Positions 41,882-47,037 of a stretch of 47,037 nt of DNA are shown here, one piece after another. The position numbers and the translations under genes were made by a program. This stretch comes from Macrostomum lignano. Taxonomy: Eukaryota. How positions within the stretch are numbered: position 1 is the first letter of the stretch; each line of letters starts with the position of its first letter. A model generated the notes under the pieces. That model worked only from the letters and a program-made list of their open reading frames with translations, was not told the DNA's origin and did not search any database. Where the stretch lies: the NCBI GenBank assembly GCA_002269645.1, contig NIVC01004400.1, forward strand, positions 1 to 47,037, read 5' to 3'.

Positions 41882-44800
41882 TTTTGCTGGCTTATTGACC
41901 TGCTAGCTAGGAAGCTTTACAAATTATCTTGTTGTGTTTATCCTCTCTGACTTGCTGGCTCTTTGACGTTCAAAAAATTAGCCTTTATGAACCAATAGAA
42001 TACCAAAGTATGACTGGATTTTACAAGGACGGAGGCCCCTGATTGGCCAGAGTTTACAGCCAATGCGAACCATTCTAGCTGATCTTTTCTTTCAATTTTT
42101 CATCACATTGTTAACAAGAAGACACTCTAAATTTTATCTAGACCTTGCAACAAAGTAGGATAATAAGCTCTTCCCAGGCATTAATACATAAGCTCACAGA
42201 TATGAGCTTTAGCTGCTTCTACTGATGCCAGGGTTATTTGGCATCAAACATAAAATATTAGCAGAAACTCTGTCAACAGTTTGCCATTTTGAGCAATTCT
42301 AATTTTCACGCAGTTTTCCTAAGCTATCTACCGAAAGTAGTGTATTGAGAACAACATCTTTAAGCGAGGCTTATTAATTAGGAAATATACTATCATATGC
42401 GCCTAAGTCATAGTGCTCAAAGCTGGTGCAGGTGCTGCTACTGATGCTGTAGGCATCCTACTGGTGGGGGACAGGAATGTATTATAGCTGTTGTTGCCTG
42501 TTGTCTGATATTGGTACCCCACATTTAGTTTGGCAGTGTGGCCTATGTTTTTGTCTAGATACTCCCTTATGACACTAATGCTTTGATATGAGCTGACAGG
42601 TAAGTTGCCACCTTTTAAAGTGCACAGTAAATTCTAGCTCAGTATTGACTTTTGAGTCACACAATGCAGAGTTAAGCTGGGTGAGAAGGGATTGGGAAGA
42701 GTAAAGGACAAAGATTGGATAGATTGAAGCTTCTGCCTGGTTTTTATTGTTTTTTTCAAGCATTTTTAATATCATAATTTGTTGGCCATGTGATTGACAC
42801 TAGTCAAGACACTGGGGGAAAAGGTAGACTAGAAGTAAACATATCCAGATATGTTAGTTGCTAATGACTGAGTGCAATTGCTTGTTAAATTAGTTTATTT
42901 TAACAATCTTTGTATACTTTGTCTATAGAAATAGTTTGATGATTTTAAAATTTGGCCCTAGCCTAGTTCTAGCAAATATATAAGCCAAAAACTAACAATA
43001 TATATGTAGCTTTAGTTGAGAGTTGGATTATTTAGAATGCACATATAATTATTTTATATGATCATAATTTTATACATGCAAAGTAAAAATAAAAACAATA
43101 GTTGTTATTGACTTGACTTATGCACCAATGAGCAGTAAGACTACATATTTACTTTATGCACAAATGGTACACAATCTTATCTAACTTAATTAGCTTTCCA
43201 TACCATTGCTATTTATTTTCCATCTTAATTCATTTGCAATGATTATGCTATCATCTTTTTACAATATAATTATTATGTATAAAATTGATCTTGAGGCATT
43301 GAGCAAAAATTAAAATAGTATAACATATATTAAATCAATCTATATGCTTTCACTAAAAGTCAATAAAGTTTATTACTAAGCAACTTTATTACTAAAGAAA
43401 AAATGATATTGTACAAAACTAAAACATGTATAACTGCTAATTGACCCAACCAATATGGCTAGTATAAATTATAGCAAACCAGGGATAAATTATAAAATTG
43501 ATCAATTTTGGATAGTTTTTAACAAATTTTGAGAAACAATTAAATATTTTTATTTTGTTTTTAGATACATTACATTTTCTTTTCAGATAGAAATAAGTTG
43601 CATAACTAGCATAATTTTAGTTGAGACTTGAGGTAGCATATATATAAATGACTAAGTATATAAATGTATTCAATATATTAAATAGCAGATCATCTAAATA
43701 GCCTTAGTCTATGGTAATCATATAATTTCTTAACTTTACCCTAGCTTAATCATACTAAGACTTATTATCTCTATCTTTATATATTAGATGCCATGTTTTA
43801 AGAGTTAATGATTTAGAACCTAGTTAGAGTTATACCTATTAAATTTATATCCACTATACAAAAAATAAGTGATTAGTTCAGGTTGTACTTTATACATCAA
43901 GTGTGCAGAACAAAAAAATTTACCAAGAAAGGCATACAGAACAATTGATTTTCTGCCAGAAGAGTATGCATATTGTTAGAATAAAATGTAGCAATACTGC
44001 CAATAGTGATACTAGCACCAGTATTAATTTAATAATGAAGTTCTGCACATATGCCTATTTAATTTTTTTTATTTTCTATGCTTTGAAGCATCCTTCTAGG
44101 CTTCTATATACACAATAATGGGAAAGAGATAAAGTAAAGAATTAACAGAAAACGTCAAGGACTATTCTACACTAGTATAGTATAGTATAGTCCTAATTGA
44201 GAAAACGTGTGTGCCGAATGCAATTTAAACTAAATAAGATATGCCTTAAGTCTCATTGCAAGTAATTACTTCAAAAATAGTTTTTTAAGTTTTAATATTT
44301 TCTAGTTTCTTTTTTTCTGTCGCTTCTAAGTAACTGCTCGATAACCTAACTTTATTATAAACACTTTTGTTTAAAACTTTTAAAATACGTGTATCCAATT
44401 ATTATATGCGGATAATCTCTTATTTCGAAGAGAGGATTCTTTTCATAAATTTTTTTGTATAAAAATGTCTCACAATAGATCGATTTCTTTTAGGATACAT
44501 TTGTTCTTTTTCATTTTTGATACTTTTTACGATTTAATACGAGTAATATTTTGACATGGCCAAGGTCATAATAAATTTCCGAGTTGTCATGGTCAGCAGC
44601 CAACATTTGTGGCTTCTTTACTCGAACGATTGCTGCACTGATCTCGCAGTCCTATTCCTACCGCATTGGCTTGTAGCCAATAAGTTTCAAATACTGCACT
44701 GCAGGCTGCATCAGCGACAGGACAAAGACGACGCCGAAGTGCTATACGTCGGACATACATTAAGAACTGTAGCTGTTTGTATTAAGCTATATACACATTG

Positions 44801-45808
44801 TATAGGCTAGTTGCAAGATTTTAATTGGTTTGAACTCAGAAACAAGAGATTTACAGTGTAATTATTTAGTTGGCGTTTAAGGGGCTGCTTTCGCATTGGG
44901 ATCCGACAGAAACTGCAAGCGCTCTGTCAATTAACCGCCATCACTCTCGTACGAGTATATCTCGGACAACAAACTTCTCAGGGAATATTAAACAGACCGG
45001 TCCCTCGTGAACCTTTACCTGCCTGGTTCGTCTCAAGCTACTAGCTGATGCGCATATGTATGCGTGAGTGAAGGCAGCCAAATTTAATTACAAGCTGTCC
45101 GTCTTACAACGATAAAATAATTATTGTAAATTGCGACGTTTGTCGATCACGCCAGTTATTAACAAACTGAAGCAAATTTCGAGGATTATTTTGGCACGCA
45201 TCTATTCCAAAGAAGTTTCTGTGATCGAAACCACTCTACAATAGCGCATTTTTTTCACGCAAACACTGTCCATCCATCCATGCACTGGTGGCCAGTGGAG
45301 TTGCGGCTTCCATACGAGTATCACTGCAAGCAAACGGCTGGTGGGCATTTCTGTATCAGCAGAGACAGAGAGGCAGCAAGGGGAATCGGTTCGGTATAAT
45401 TGTCTACCTTGGCCTGTCCCTGCGATTGCCGGCTCGGTATACCCAGCAAGGACGATCGGGAGCCACTGTATCGCGCGTCCCGCACTCGCAGCTTGTGCCC
45501 CTCCCCAGGGGCCAACTTGGCTGCTTCTGCGCGATTCGTAGCCGCCCAGGGGTCGAAGCCGGCCTGTTTAGAACGAATAGGGGCAGATAGCATAATACCC
45601 ACTCTGCGCTGCCCTCGTGTCCCTGCGCGCAAGCGAATCCAACTGATCCCCAGCAGCACCCCGTCGCCCAGCGGGGAGCAGAGGGCAGTCAGATTTTCTT
45701 TAATCGAGTCCGTCGCAATTTCGAGAGCTCTCAAGGACCAGTCGGTAGGTCGGGCCGCGCGGTTGCCCCAGCACTTGGCTGAGGCGGACGGTGGCGGCTT
45801 CAGCGACA

Positions 45809-47037
45809 ATGGCGTCGGTGCCGGCTGTTCAGTCCTTGCTGCTGTTGCTGCTGTTTCTGTTGCTCAGCTTGCGCGGTACAGCCGGTGAGCTTACTGTAGT
45901 ACATACGAATCCCATATACGTTCCGTCAAAAATACAGACCTTTTACGCGTAAGTTCTGAAGACTGCCGGAAATCAAGAGACAGTCGATCTGCAAGCAGTT
46001 ACGTCCATGTACCACAGGGTGTACAGCAGCCCTGACTTTCTCAACGTCAGCCATGTACAATTTCTGTGCCTTGGTGGTTGGCCTTCATTGGCGAGAATCG
46101 CACGACAAGCTTCAGGCATATTTTCGTGCGCCTGACCCAAAATAAGCAAAAAAGCACAAATTTAAATCTAGGAGGTTAGTGTTAGCGCTGAGCCACTCAG
46201 AAAGGCAGGCATTCCTTAAACCACACCTGAACACTAATTACGGACACACTTGAAATCGAGCGGTATGGTCCTGTAGCTGCACCCTCTGCTCAAATTGCAG
46301 CTGGCTGCGTCACTAGTCAATTACATGCATGACGTCATTGGGTAATTCTATTGAGTAAATAATTTTTTTCATTTGTTTAGTCCTCCTAAGAGTTTTGCGG
46401 CTCTCACCAGCAGCTGCACAGCATGCTAATTATCTGTCTATCTTGATCATATATCTGGATTTGCTGGGTTCAAATTAGCCATAAGCGACTGCTCAAGCAT
46501 AAACACCGGATCACTATTCAAAGACTACTCAAGTTTCTAAGAATTCAAATAATTCAAAGAAAATTTTAGGAGGCCAGGTTTTTCCGTAAAAATACATTAT
46601 GGAGATAGGAGATTTTCATTTTTTCAGCACAAAAATTGTTACTTTTTTACAGGAGGCAGACCCAATGTTCATCTTTTAATATGTCCTATCTCCGTAAATG
46701 AAGATGAAAATCTCCTATCTCCGTAATGTATTTTTACGGTAAAACCCGGCCTGGTAAAACCCGGCCTCCCTAAAATTTTTTCGAATAAACTTAGTCATTC
46801 TACTTGAGTAGTCTGTACTACTACGCTCGTACTCGTAGAAACATTCTCGAACTACCACATCCAAGATAGCAGATGGCAATCAACCTTTTCTCGATGCCGT
46901 TCCAGTTCCTGCTCGATCTGCATGCACCAAGACCTGCGCTGTTCAGCCAGGAGTGCCTGGATGAGCAGTGCATATGTAAACGACCTGCCGGACGACTGGG
47001 CACGAGTCTCGGGTTGGTGCGATTTCCTGGAATTATA
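45809..47037 (+). CDS. 5' part of a secreted or membrane protein gene: exon 1 45809-45884 (signal peptide), exon 2 from 46839 to beyond the window end (Cys-rich ectodomain)
   Basis: acaATGg; MASVPAVQSLLLLLLFLLLSLRGTA then g|gtgagc phase-1 donor; the acceptor tcgtag at 46838 gives an open phase-1 frame ETFSNYHIQDSRWQSTFSRCRSSSCSICMHQDLRCSARSAWMSSAYVNDLPDDWARVSGWCDFLEL to the window end. Confidence 0.7.
46012..46135 (-). mobile_element. SINE family A internal fragment, in intron 1 of the signal-peptide gene
   Basis: cagggtgtacagcagccctgac..gtcag..tgtaca..tctgtgcc..gaatcgcacgacaa aligns with about 13110-13230. Confidence 0.65.
46522..46814. mobile_element. MITE-like palindromic element (about 290 bp)
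   Basis: Long inverted arms: agactactcaagt...aaattttaggaggccaggtttttccgtaaaaatacattatggagataggagattttcat versus its near reverse complement ending acttgagtagtct; no ORF; TSD not clearly resolved (internal TA at 46526 and 46809 possible). Confidence 0.75.

Noticed and set aside
44556-44810. 84-aa ORF in a slightly GC-richer patch
   Set aside because: No motif, no supporting splice sites and no polyA context; cannot be supported as coding.
45288-45888. ORFs 45321-45809 (-), 45400-45888 (+) and 45288-45590 (+)
   Set aside because: Non-ATG starts and no recognisable domain; the region is better explained as the GC-rich 5' region of the gene starting at ATG 45809 in another frame.

Overview
Eukaryotic genomic DNA: AT-rich intergenic sequence, GC-rich spliced exons and about 23 distinct minisatellite arrays covering roughly 35% of the window. 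The organism is most likely a macrostomid flatworm such as Macrostomum lignano (inference from the minisatellite-filled introns, a flatworm-type orphan GPCR and a flatworm-type spliced-leader sequence). Most long ORFs in the supplied track are artefacts of reading through tandem repeats. Genes reconstructed by hand from splice sites and protein motifs: an intronless orphan ORF (1788-2636, +); a divergent 4-exon AGC-like Ser/Thr kinase with a +1 frameshift (4015-7357, -); tRNA-Thr(AGT) (8179-8251, -); TMEM134 (11453-13510, +, 5' end unresolved); a FERM-domain EPB41L4A-like gene with at least 16 exons (16010-32860, -, probably extending to about 34.2 kb); an intronless rhodopsin-class orphan GPCR (40574-41881, -); and the first two exons of a signal-peptide, Cys-rich ectodomain gene (45809 to beyond 47037, +). 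Mobile elements: two tRNA-derived SINE families, a Gypsy integrase C-terminal remnant and a MITE. Highlight: a diverged spliced-leader (SL) RNA-like sequence at 34183-34228 (-) with terminal AUG, GT donor, stem-loops and an Sm-like site. It lies at the 5' end of the FERM gene, in the same orientation and in frame with it, head-to-head with a tRNA-CORE SINE. It is a candidate new SL variant or a genomically hard-wired SL first exon. Family assignments and comparisons to reference sequences are from memory; no database search was run.
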